NCBI RefSeq assembly: GCF_963921235.1
Contig: NC_086097.1
Coordinates: 153,824,001-153,888,000, forward strand
Direction: 5' to 3'
Length of the DNA stretch: 64,000 nt
Origin: Mobula hypostoma
Taxonomy: Eukaryota
The first letter of the stretch is position 1, and the number at the start of each line of letters is the position of its first letter. This document shows, in pieces, positions 12,200 through 24,169 of this stretch. Position numbers and translations under genes: made by a program. The notes beneath the pieces are model-generated. The model saw nothing but the letters and a program-made list of their open reading frames with translations, did no database searches and had not been told where the DNA came from.

Positions 12200-15170
12200 T
12201 GTACATGGATCACGTTACTTCTCTGTGGGTGATGAACATCTGCAAACAGTTTGAACTGGCCTCAGACCAGAATCAATTGAAGCAAAGGTTAGGCTATGTT
12301 CTTTGGCAACTGGTCCAGCAAATACTTTGTACCTTTCACCATCAAGTCCAATGACCTTTAATTGTGGAGCATCTGATATCTGATTTAGGGGAACCAACAT
12401 AAGCAGCAAAATTTTTTGGAGCAAGTAGCAAAAGTAAAATAAGCATTCATCCTGTTGATCGTGATTATCAGATACAAAGTGCTTCTCTCAGAATTACTGT
12501 ACAGAGATTGGGTGCGGCCTTTACCCTGCTATTGCAGTAGTCTACCATTTCATCTGGATTGTATTCATAGCAACTTTATATACAGATCTCCAGAGAAAGA
12601 GTGGGGATGTGGGGACATGTATCAAGTGTGGACTTCAGTCAATGTTGGATGTCGCTGCATCAAATGTAGTTTACTTCTAAGAGAAATATGTACTGTAAAG
12701 CTACTAGGACTTGATGTTTCATCCCCTATGCTAAGTCGGAACTCTCGATGTTGGCAGTGGGTTTGGAGTGGTGACAAGGAGGGAGGGTAGGTACGTCATC
12801 GTGGTCATCAGGTGGGCACCTTCCTTCTTTGACATTTCGTTGATAAACACACGACGTCTCCAGAGGGCTCAACGGTGCTACCTGGCGTCCCAGATACACC
12901 CCCTTCAGTGCCATACCCTCCTGTCTTCATCTTGCAGCCCAGTTGTTGTCTTTCCTTTTAATCCAAATCCAATTGCTGCTTTCTTCTGCTGCATTTGACA
13001 AGGACTTGATTGCTTGTTGGAGGGAGTGACCCCTCACCCCCATCTTCTTCAATAGACTGGTCGTAGATGTAGCAATGAATCCCGTGCACCCCACTTCTAC
13101 AGGGAAAATCTTGGTCTTCCAGCCATTCTGGGCAGCTTCAGTTGCCAGTTCAGAGTACTTGGTCTTTTTCCTCTCATAAGCTTCTTCGACACCATCTTCC
13201 CATGGTACTGTCAATTCCACAACATATACCAGCTTGGCTGTTATGGACCACAGGAGCAAGTCTGGCTGGGGTGTTGTAGTTGCAATGTCTGGGGGAAACA
13301 CAAGCTTTTTTTCCAAGTCCACGTCCATTTTCCAATCCCAAGCAACCTGCAGAATGCTTACATCTTTTGATGTTATCTGCTGCTCTGGAGGTTGGCCTGC
13401 TGGTACAAATCGTGTGATATGGATATTTCCTGCCAATGTTTGTAGGAGAGCATTTGTGGTGATTCACCTCTGTTCCAAGATTGATGCCAGCTGTCTGAGA
13501 ACTTGGTTATGCCACCAAGTGTACCGCCCCTGGGTAAGGCCCATGGTGCATCCTGTTAAAATGTGCCTTAGTGATCCAGGTGCTTGAAAAAGAGAGCAAG
13601 CGGGGTCTTCTCCCCACCACTGGTTCAGGTTCTGGGGTGTGGGTAGGAGGTCATAAGTGGCTCTGATGATAAAACTTAGCCGAGATCTCTCCATCTTCCA
13701 GATGTCACGCCAGCTAAGTTTCCTCTTTTCCAGGCTCTCCCAATTAGTCCAGTGGCCCTGCTTGGCCATTGAGCCGGCCCCGGCATGTCGCTCTGCCTCC
13801 TCCACCACGAGTCATCCCTTCTGCACTGATGTTGCCTTGTGCCATTGAGGAACTATTGGGACGAGCCCGAGACTGGCTCTCCCATGTTGGACTTGGCCAA
13901 CCACATCACTGAAGCGAAGAGCAGACTGAGCACTCTGAACAGCTTCAGATGGGGTCCACTTCCTCCCGGTTACCACACGGCGGGGGGGGGCCACTGTTCG
14001 AGTAAGAGTATCTTCAGATTCAGTGAGGGTCATGACCAACCTTGCTTTGGTGCATTTGAATTCTTCCACAAGACTTGCAATTGGTAATTCCAATTTGCCA
14101 TTCCCGTAAAGTCCAACAGGACTTAAGCATCGTGGAAGTCCAAACCACTGTTATACATGTGTGCTGATCATTCTTTTGAGCTTTTCAACCTTGCTAATGG
14201 GGATTTCATACACTGTTAAAGGCCACATGAGTCTCGGGAGTATGCCGAACTGGAAGCACCACAACTTGAGTTTTCCTGGCAGCAAGGACTTGTTGATGCG
14301 AGCTATGTACATGATGGTATCCTTTGAGTTGTTCAAACTGCTCAGTGTCCTTGAGCTTAGCATCATACCATCGGCCCAAGCTCTTCACTGGCGTTTCTGA
14401 AACAGTTGGGACAGGTGTCCCGTCAATCTGAAATCTTTTATCCGTGACTTGACCTTTGACAATGGAGATGTTTCTGCACTTGCTGGACTTGATCTTCATC
14501 TTCGCCCATGTGATGTTTTGATGAAGCTTTTCCTAAGTCTCCTGGTGCAGGGGACAGATTCTACCTGTACCAAGTGTCATAAAGGATGGTCTGGCCTCGT
14601 TGCATTCCATTCAGTTGGATCTTGGCATTCTTGTCCATTATAGAAAAATACCCTTTCACCATAAGTCAATCAGGCAGTAGTTGGCATTGAATGTCCTGGA
14701 GATTTTGTGAGGGGTGATAGATCCATTTGGATAATTCGATAGGCTATCTTTTTGCTAAAAGGCCTCATTGCCGGAAATCTCAGACAAGAAATTACACCTC
14801 CCTTGGTTGTGATGAGAAGAACTCCTTGTCAAATTCTTCATGCACAGCCAGAGTCTCAATCCCACTTCCCTTGAGGTGGATAAGATTACTACCTGCATCC
14901 GCATCAATAATGTGTTTACTGAAGTTTGCAATGCAGGACATTGCTACATGGGTTATTCTGAGGGGCATAGCTGAAGCAGACATCAACTATTGCTGGAAGA
15001 TTACCAACTCAGTGTAAGATATATTTTGATCTTCCCAAGCATGATCTTCCATTGCAACAACTTATCCACAAGTAAATGCTGCAGACTCCATGGTGTAAGT
15101 TTACGTGTCGAGGAACGCACAAGATCTTGGCGTAGTCACTGTAAAGGCTCTGTGAGAAAACAATGTGATA
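12200..15170 (-). pseudogene. Highly decayed DDE integrase (rve-like) remnant, split by the HERO insertion
   Basis: Hand translation of the minus strand gives YRIIQMDLSPLTKSPG (~14695-14745) and, joined across the TSD, RPDHPL*HLVQVDYCNSRVKAA, resembling the integrase RPxHPQSQGxVERxN motif. Outer boundaries uncertain. Confidence 0.35.
12547..14559 (-). mobile_element. 5'-truncated HERO-type non-LTR retrotransposon (RT C-terminus, zinc knuckle, restriction-like endonuclease)
   Basis: ORF fragments: KSLGRWYD (RT thumb); LPGKLKLWCFQFGILPRLMWPL; YDLLPTPQNL..CSL...SLRHILTGC..GRYTWWHNQVL; PDLLLWS..VELTVPWE..ERKKTKY..PVEVGC. Candidate TSD TCTACC at 12541-12546 and 14560-14565. Confidence 0.88.
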
Positions 15171-15744
15171 AAGGATTCTCCTGCAAATGAGACATTGAGG
15201 GGTTGGGGCCAACGTTATAACCTCCCAGCTGTTTCACTTACAGAATGTATGGGGATGGAACATGAATGAAATATGGATTAATGATTATACTGTATTGTAA
15301 ATAAATATAATGCTATGTTGGTACAGTGAATGGAGATGATGTAATGTATCATTTTTATAATCGTATTCATTTTAAGTAAAATATATTTTTGGAGAGAAAA
15401 AAATCACATTTCTCAACATCTCAATTACAGTATTTTAGCCTTGCTTAAAGATGTTAATTAACTTTCTTATCTCTCCACAGCAGGATGGTAACATGCAGCC
15501 ATGGGTATAGCACTCAGTTAGGGAGGTGTTTCTTTATTTAAACTAATTAACCCTGAACCCATTACCTTTTTTGTGTGAAACAAAGGAGGCATTTTAAGTT
15601 CAATGTCATTTTCCTCTTGCACTAGTAGCTAACCCGCCACCTCATCCTGCAGTACATTACACTTTTTTTTGCATTTGTGTTGCTGAGATTACCCTCAATT
15701 AATTTATTACTCTAGGATATTCCCAGCTAATGCTAGTGTATCAG

Positions 15745-15946
15745 ACACAAAATGCTGGAGGAACTCAGCAGCATTAATGGAAGAAAATGAATAGGCAATG
15801 TTTTGGGCCAAGATCCTTAATCCAGTATGGAGAAGCTTCATCAGGGTCTCAGCCTAAAATGTTTCCTTCCATAGATACTGACAGACCTGTTGAGTTCCTC
15901 CAACATTTTGTGTGTATTACTCAAGATTTCCAGCATTTGCTGGATT
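15745..15946. repeat. Inverted pair of Penelope-like terminal repeats (hairpin)
   Basis: 15745-15771 is the reverse complement of 15887-15913 with 2 mismatches in 27 nt. Confidence 0.75.
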
Positions 15947-16149
15947 TATTGTATATACTCGTTTACTTGATCCAAATTGATTCCATCTACCTGTTTCTAA
16001 TCTATCCACAATAACTTAGTGCTAACGACTAAAATTCAGGTGATCTACATGCTGCTATATCACCTAAAATAAACACATCCATGATATAGTTATGGAGAGG
16101 GAACATTTACAGAATTTACACAAAAGTGCAACTAATTCTAAAAACAATG

Positions 16150-16390
16150 AGGCAGGGTACAGGAAGGTGATAGAGAGCTTTGTGGCATGGTGTCAAGACA
16201 ACAACCTCTCCCTTAATGTCAGCAAAACGAAATATTTGGTCATTATCTTCAGGAAACAGGGCTGAGTACATGCCCTTTTGCTGTGTCAATGGTGCTGAGA
16301 TGGGGATGGAGAATTTCACGTTTCTAGGAGTAAATATCACAAAGAGCTTGTCCTAGACCAGGCACTAAGATGCTATGGCCAAGAAAGCAC
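16150..16390 (+). mobile_element. Rex1/Babar LINE RT fragment
   Basis: Translates to VAWCQDNNLSLNVSKTK...FTFLGVNIT, the same motifs as the Rex1 ORF at 52941-53702. Confidence 0.75.
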
Positions 16391-16392
16391 AT

Positions 16393-18470
16393 AAAGTTCA
16401 AGTAAATTTATCATCAAAGTACATATATACCACCTTATAGAACCCTGAGATCGAGTTTCCAGCGGGCATACTCAATAAATCCATGGAATAATAATAATAA
16501 TTGAATGAATGAAAGACCACACCAGCTTCAGTGTTCAAACAGTGGGCAATTGGCACCAATTGGCAAATACAAAAAGAAAGAAATAATAGTAAATAAATAT
16601 CAAGAACATGAGGTGATGAGTCCGTAAAAGTGAATCCTTAGGTTGTGAGAACATTTGAGTGATGGGGCAAGTGAAGTTATCCCCTTTGGTTCAAGAGCCT
16701 GATAGCTGAGGAGTAAGCAGTGCTCCTGAACCTGGTGGTATGAATCCTGAGGCTCTTGTTAACAGCAGTAAGGAGAGCGCATGTAGTAGGTGGTAAAGGT
16801 CCCGGGTGACAGTGTTTCATGTAGATGTGCTCAATGGTGGGGAGGGCTTTACTCATAATGGATTGCCCCGTATGCATCATTTTTTGTAGAAATTTCCATT
16901 CAATAGAATTGGTGTTTCCATAACAGGCTGTGATGCAGCCAGTCAATATACTCTCCACTACACATCTATAGAAGTTTGTCGAAGTTTTAAAAGTTATGCC
17001 AAATCTTCACAAACTCCTAAGGAAGTAGAGGAGCTTCTGTGCTTTCTTCATAATTGCACTTATATGCTGAGCCTGGGACAGGTCCTCAAGAATAATAATG
17101 CCCAGGAATTTAAAGTTGCTGACCCTCTCCACCTCTGATCCTCCAATGAGAACTGGCTTATGGGTCTTGGGTTTCCTTCTCCTAAAGTCTATAATCAGCC
17201 CCTTAATCTTACTGACATTGAATAAGAGGTTAGTGTTATTACACCACTTGGGCAGATTTTCACTGAACAACAAAAATTTTGTTTCCTGAATACTTTCCGG
17301 TGTACTTATGGATTTTGGGTTGCTTATCATAAAACCACTATGAAATTTTACTTTCATGCACCGTTTTTTTAAAAACTGCCTATATTTGTTATTTTGATTC
17401 ATAATTGAAATGTTGCCCACAATGTAAGCTGAAAAGTTTTCTATCTTGTCTAAGCATGTTTGGGCATGATTAGGCAACATGTATGCTGCACACAAGGGCA
17501 GGTTTTGAAAAGGCTGCTACCAGGAATGCCAGCTCAGATATTGTTGTTTCATTTGCAAATGGGACAACCATGCTAAAGTATTAAAAATGATTTTAAAAGG
17601 ATTGGCCACTCCATAAGCAGTTAGTTCCAAGGCATAAAAGTGTGGCATATAAGCCACTTGTAGACCCAACAAAGATATGTTTGCTTCCTCTTTATAGAAA
17701 ACTGAGGCTTATGCAAAATTTTGTGAAAACAAGAACAAGGAAGGTGAAGGACTTCGATATTTGAGACAGATAATTCCTAGAATAACTGATGCCAAAATTA
17801 AGGAAGGCATTTTTGTTGGTTCACAAATCAAACAGATCATCAATGACAGGCAATTCAAAAAATTTCTAGTGGGATTGAACAAAAACACATGGAAGTCATT
17901 CAAGGATGTTGTTGAAAATTTTCTTGACAACTACAGAGCATCAAGCTATGTTAAGCTGGTTGACAACATGCTTCAAGCGTACAAAACCATAAAGTGCAAC
18001 ATGTCACAAAAGATTTATTTTCTGCATTCCCATTTAGACTTCTTCCCTGCAAATCTTGGCATTGTCAGTGACGAGCATGGTGAAAGGTTTCACCAGGACA
18101 TTGCAGTCATGGAGAAACAGTAGCAGGACAAATGGAATCCATCAATGCTGTCAGATTATTGTTGGACACTCAATCTCAGACACTGAGTACAAATAAAAAT
18201 CATCAACAAAACATTTTTAGCTTAGTTGAACTATTGCAAAGTGTCAGCACTGACATGCGATTAAACACATTATATTCAATAAAATTTTTTTTGTTTCTCC
18301 AAATTCCTACGTGATACAAATAGTCTGAAATTATATTTTTGTTCAGCTTCAAGCAGTCTATTGTAAACAAAAAACTCTGAGGAAGCAAAACTTTTGAAAA
18401 AAAATTGTTCTCCAGTGTTTTCAGTCTCCCTCCTATATGCTGATACATCACCCTCTTTGATTTGACCTCT
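16393..18470 (-). mobile_element. 5'-truncated Rex1/Babar LINE, interrupted by the Chapaev-type element
   Basis: [47 protein letters not shown]; tail TGATAAATTTACTTGAAC; frame continues at 18418-18455 (YRRETENLPKWC when rejoined). Confidence 0.88.
17261..18417 (+). mobile_element. Internally deleted Chapaev-type DNA transposon with transposase C-terminus
   Basis: Termini CACTG...CAGTG with imperfect TIRs; TTTT on both sides; ORF 17761-18123 has AKIKEGIFVG..CNMSQKIYFLHSHLDFFP..SDEHGERFHQDI, followed by WNPSMLSDYCW. Confidence 0.85.
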
Positions 18471-19084
18471 GTAAATACAAGGGTATATTCTTCATTCTGT
18501 TAATACTTTCCTTTGTAGCACCATGATGTGTTTACGTTTTTCCCTTGCATCTCGGGGCATGTGACAATAGTAAACCAATTCCTTCTTAAGGAAACCTTGA
18601 GTATGAATGTGTCTTTCCCAACGGGATGCTTGACTTGTGGAACAGCTCCTCGTGTCAGAAAGCCCATTTGGTATCAACTAATGTTTTTAAGGAAATGGAT
18701 CAAAATCAACTGAAAAACAAGATTGAAGGTTGCAGTCAACAATGCTTGATCATTATGTTTCTCTGAAAAAAAGATCAACAATGAGTACAAGAGGGAGAAC
18801 TTAAATGGAATAATCATTCATGACCTTGTATTGATCAGGCATGTTGATTTCTATTACGTCTTCTCATTGTGGAAGTTAGGTTTCCGTGTATTAGCATTTA
18901 AAGTGTTGAAAAGGCTTGTGATGTGTTGTAATGCCATCAGTTCGTAATTGCTATTTGGGAACCAGTAAGCAATAACACAGAAGTAACTATGGCTTAGTTT
19001 TTCACTCTTTGTTTACAGAGAACATACCAATTGTGTTGTGAAATTGAGGAAAGTTAACAAAAGAAACAGCAGATGTCTGTTGAA

Positions 19085-20645
19085 ATTATTGGTAGGAAAA
19101 ATGTCTGATGGAATTTAATTCAAACGAGTGTGCGGTATTGCACTCTGGGAGGCCACATGAGAGACAAAAGTATACATTAAATAGCTGGATCCCACTGATG
19201 TACAGAAGGAACTTGTGATGCATGTCCATAGCTTCTTGAAAGTGGCAACATATGTAGGCAGAGTGGTACAGAAGGCACATGGCTTCCTTGCCTTCATTGG
19301 CTAGGGCAATGAGTATCAAAATAGGGAAGTCATGTTGCAACTGTCTAAAACTTTCTTTAGGCACATTTGGAGTACTCTGGGCAGCTCTGGTTGTTGAATA
19401 GCAGGAAGGATGTGGAGACATTGGCAAAGCTGAAAAAGAAGTTCATCAGGATATCAAAGTTTAAAGTTCAAAGTAAATTTATTATCAAAGTATGCATACC
19501 TTGAGATTCATCTTCTAGCAGGGAGCCACAAAACAAAGACAATAAAATCCATGAAAAAAACACACAACAAAGACTGACAGACTTCCAATGCGTAAAAAAT
19601 GTACAAATTGTGCATACAATAAAAAGCAGGTAAACAAATAACACACAGAACATGAACCGCAGAGTCCCCAAAAGAGAGCCCGCAGCCACAGAGCCAGTTC
19701 AGTGCTGATGTGAGTGAAGCCAATGCCTGCAGGCCACAGCTGCAGAGTTCATAACTGAGTGCTGAGGTGAATGAAGCAGGTCCAGGTGTCCAATGGATGA
19801 ATGCAGGGCAACATCGACTCCTGCACCTCACAGCATTGACACAATGGTGGCAGGGTGAAGAGAGGGAGAAGGGTCAAATGCAGGCAGAGGGACAAGCTCA
19901 GCTGAGGGATCTTGGCTGACATGGAGCAGTGAACTGAACATCAGTTTGATCTCCGTCCATGGCCTCAGTGGCTTAATCTTTTAAATCTGGCTCAATGCTT
20001 AAATCGGCTAACTATCAGTTCATTGTTTACTCACATGCCTTGATGTTCCAGTTAAGGGGCCTCAGGCTCTCCACCACAGCAATGGGCCTCCACGACAACT
20101 ACCATTCCTGCTTTCTCAAGAGTCCAGTTTGCCGAATCCTCCAGAGGACTGCAAAAACATATGATCCTTCAGATGGTTCAAAAGTCACCTCCAAAAGAAA
20201 TGTTACAGGCAGAAGCCTGCAATGATTCCAAAAGAAGTATATCTAGTAGAATAATTAGTAGTTTTATGAATTGCTCATGAAACATTGCCGTATATCGCCA
20301 GCACCATCATGGGTCACCCAGATTAGAGAATTTGAGTTTGTAAGGAAAGGGTGATATTTGAAGTGTTTTCTCTGTTGTATCAAAGGCTAGGGGATGATTT
20401 GATAAAAGTATATTAAATTATGTGAATTGTAACTCCAGTAAATAGTCAAAGTCTTTTTCCCAGGTTGGAAATGTCGAATACAAGAGAAGGGGAACAGTAA
20501 GGAACTTCTTTTACAAGCAGGTGCCTGGAATCTGCTGCCAAGAGAAGTGCAAGGAACAGGTACAACATAAATATTTAAAAGGCATTTAAGCAGACTCATG
20601 AACATGCAGGGAATGGCAAGATGTAGATCATACCCAGGCAAAAGG
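19085..20645 (+). mobile_element. Old CR1 LINE 3' portion, interrupted twice (tail resumes at ~23255-23330)
   Basis: Degenerate similarity to the CR1 ORF2 C-terminus (EFNSNECAVLHSGR..SLKVA..HLEY) and 3' UTR. Confidence 0.7.
19452..20312 (-). mobile_element. Non-coding non-LTR retroelement with Rex1-like tail, nested in CR1
   Basis: Minus strand starts near GATGGTGCTGGCG and ends TTTGATAATAAATTTACTTTGAACTTTAAACTTTGA, like the Rex1 tails at 16393 and 56503; CR1 sequence resumes on both sides. Confidence 0.65.
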
Positions 20646-23254
20646 ACTACATGCGAGAACTGCAAGTATAGTGCATGGAGTAAAGCCAGATCTAACAGAT
20701 AAAGAGGCCTTGAGGAAAGGGAAACAGAATAAAGGGTGTAAAGGTAGTAAGGTAGAAGGGCTGAAGTGTGTGTACTTCAATGCAAGAAGCATCAGGAACA
20801 AAGGTGATGAACTGAGAGCCTGGATACATACATGGAATTATGATGTAGTGGCCATTACAGAGACTTGGCTGGCACCAGGGCAGGAATGGATTCTCAATAT
20901 TCCTGGATTTCAGTGCTTTAAAAGTGATAGACGGGGGGTAAAGGGGAGGAGGGGTGGCATTACTGGTCAGGGATACTATTACAGCTACAGAAAGGGTGGG
21001 TAATATAGCAGGATCCTCTTTTGAGTCAGTATGGGTGGAAGTCAGGAACAGGAAGGGAGCCGTTACTCTATTGGAGGTATTCTATAGGCCCTCGGTAGAA
21101 GCAGAGATACCGAGAAATAGATTGGGAGGCAGATTTTCAGATTTTGGAAAGGTGCAAAAATAACAGGGTTGTTATCATGGGTGACTTTAACTTCCTTAAT
21201 ATTGATTGGCATCTGATTAGTTCCAAGGGTTTAGATGGGGCAGAGCTTGTTAAGTGTGTCCAGGAAGGATTCCTGTCACAGTATGTTGACAGGCCAACTA
21301 GGGGGAATGCCATACTAGATCTGTACTAGGTAATGAACCGGGTCAGGTCACAGATCTCTCAGTGGGTGAGCATCTGGGGGACAGTGACCACCACTCCCTG
21401 GCCTTTAACATTATCATGGAAAAGGATAGAATCAGAGAGGACATGAAAATTTTTAATTGGAGAAGGGCAAATTATGAGGCTATAAGACTAGAACTTGCAG
21501 GTGTGAATTGGGATGATGTTTTTGCAAGGAAATGTACTATGGACATGTGGTCGATGTTTAGGGATCTCTTGCAGGATGTTAGGGATAAATTTTTCCCGGT
21601 GAGGAAGATAAAGAACGGTAGGGTGAAGGAACCATGGGTGACAAGTGCGGTGGAAAATCTAGTCAGGTGGAAGAAGGCAGCATACATGAGGCTTAGGAAG
21701 CAAGCATCAGATGGGTCCATTGAGGAATGTAGGGTAGCAAGAAAGGAGCTTAAGAAGGGGCTGAGGAGAGCAAGAAGGGGGCATAAGAAGGCCTTGGCAA
21801 GCAGGGTAAAGGAAAACCCCAAGGCATTCTTCAATTACGTGAAGAACAAAAGGATGACAGCAGTGAAGATAGGACCATTTAGAGATAAAGATGGGAAGAT
21901 GTGCCTGGAGGCTGTGGAAGTGAGCGAGGTCCTCAATGAATACTTCTCTTCGGTATTCACCAATGAGAGGGAACTTGATGATGGTGAGGACAATATGAGT
22001 GAGGTTGATGTTCTGGAGCATGTTGATATTAAGGAAGAGGAGGTGTTGGAGTTGTTAAAATACATTAGGACGGAGAAGTCCCCGGGGCCTGACGGAATAT
22101 TCCCCAGACTGCTCCACGAGGCGAGGGAAGAGATTGCTGAGCCTCTGGCTAGGATCTTCATGTCCTCGTTGTCCACGGGAATGGTACCAGAGGATTGGAG
22201 GGAGGCGAATGTTGTCCCCTTGTTCAAAAAAGGTAGTAGGGATAGTCCGGGTAATTATAGACCAGTGAGCCTTACGTCTGTGGTGGGAAAGCTGTTGGAA
22301 AAGATTCTTAGAGATAGGATCTGGGGGTGGGGGTGGAAGGGTGGGTTGGCAAATTTGCAGATTACACAAAAGTTGGTGGTGTTGTGGATAGTGTAGGGGA
22401 TTGTCAAAGATTGCAGAGAGACATTGATAGGATGCAGAAGTGGGCCGAGAAGTGGCAGATGGAGTTCAACCCGGTGAAATGTGAGGTGATACACTTTGGA
22501 AGGACAAACTCCAAGGCAGAGTACAAAGTAAATGGCAGGATACTTGGTGGTGTGGAGGAGCAGAGGGATCTGGGGGTACATGTCCACAGATCCCTGAAAG
22601 TTGCCTCACAGGTAGATAGGGTAGTTAAGAAAGCTTATGGGGTGTTAGCGTTAATAAGTCGAGGGGTAGAGTTTAAGAGTCTCAATGTAATGATGCAGAT
22701 CTATAAAACTCTGGTTAAGCCACACTTGGAGTACTGTGTCCATTTCTGGTCACCTCACTATAGGAAGGATGTGGAAGCATTGGAAAGGGTACAGAGGGGA
22801 GTTACCAGGATGCTGCCTGGTTTAGAGAGTATGCATTATGATCAGAGATTAACGGAGCTAGGGCTTTACTCTTTAGAGAGAAGGAGGATGAGAGGAGACA
22901 TGACAGAGGTGTACAAGATAATAAGAGGAATATATCGAGTGAATAGCCAGTGTCTCTTCCCCGGGGCACCATTGCTCAATACAAGAGGACATGGCTTTAA
23001 GGTAAGGGGTGGGAAGTTCAAGGGGGATATTAGAGGAAGGTTTTTTACTCAGAGAGTGGTTGCATGGAATGCACTGCCTGAGTCAGTGGTGGAGGCAGAT
23101 ACACTAGTGAAATTTAAGAGACTACTCGACAGGTATATGGAGGAATTTAAGGTGGGGGGTTATATAGGAGGCAGGGTTTAAAGGTCAGCACAACATTGTG
23201 GGCCGAAGGGCCTGAACTGTGCTGTACTGTTCTATGTTCTATGTTCTGTGTTCT
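20646..23254 (+). mobile_element. CR1 LINE, ORF2 (APE + RT) with an internal RT deletion
   Basis: YFNARSIRNK, AITETW, GDFN, SDH, KSPGPDG, NYRPVSLTS, KFADYTK; (TTCTATG)n tail; TSD AAAAGG at 20640-20645 and 23255-23260. Confidence 0.95.
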
Positions 23255-23509
23255 AAAAGGGATTATTTTAAATCAATATCATGGTAGGCACAGGCATTGT
23301 GTGCTCTGCTGTACTTTTCTACATACTTATATTCCCTTCTGACATAGATGGAAGTTATTTTGCCTATTAATATTATACCAGATCTCAGAACAAACCCAAT
23401 CCCCAAATATTTTCCTTCACATTTTCCACCATATGTCCATTAATTACACTCCACCTACATTTTCTTTCCTCTCTACACTTGGAGTAACTTATAGTAGTCA
23501 TTTAACCTA

Positions 23510-23660
23510 CCAGTCTCCACATCTCTGGGAAGCAGAATGAAGCCAGAGTAATCAAGGGGAACACATGCAGTGCCAGGAATACATGCAAATTCCACATTGA
23601 GAGGACCCAGGTATCAGTATCAAGCCCAGGTCACTGGAATTGTATGACAGCAGCACAAGC
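23510..23660 (-). mobile_element. Degenerate V-domain SINE remnant
   Basis: Degenerate GGGAAG..GAAGCCAGAG..ACATGCAAATTCCACA core plus a B-box-like stretch. Confidence 0.45.
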
Positions 23661-24169
23661 AGGTACAATATTCTGTAGGATGGTGTTTAACTTGTACTGT
23701 AGGTGATAGAGTTATCATGTACTCATTAGCATTTCCTTAAGTTCAGGTATGTCGGTGGTTGGAGGTTTGAAAGCTTTAGGTAGTGAATAAGGTAATAGGC
23801 ATGCAGAACAATTTGGGCAGGATGGTACTGAGCTTCCCAAGTTCTGTAACTGCACCCAACTGAATTACATTGAATATGATCCTGCCTCATGCCTTGTCAA
23901 TGTGAAGAAGTATTTCACAAGTCACGACTATGCTTCTTAACAGAAAACATCCTCACCTGATTACGTAGTTACAATTGTTCATCACATCCATTTCAGTTTC
24001 TTGTGAATATTCCTTTGATTTAGATCATATATAGAAATTACATTTCATCCATTCAATTAAATATTTTAACTGCCTTAATGTGGTTAGGTCTGAGGTACTT
24101 CAAAATGTAAATAGGCCTTATAGGCAAAGATAGACACTTTAATTTCTCTTCAGGCATAGTTCTTCAAAA

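Noticed and set aside
17007..17495. 162-aa ORF as a novel fusion protein
   Set aside because: Chance read-through from the Chapaev terminus (antisense) into the Rex1 RT frame.
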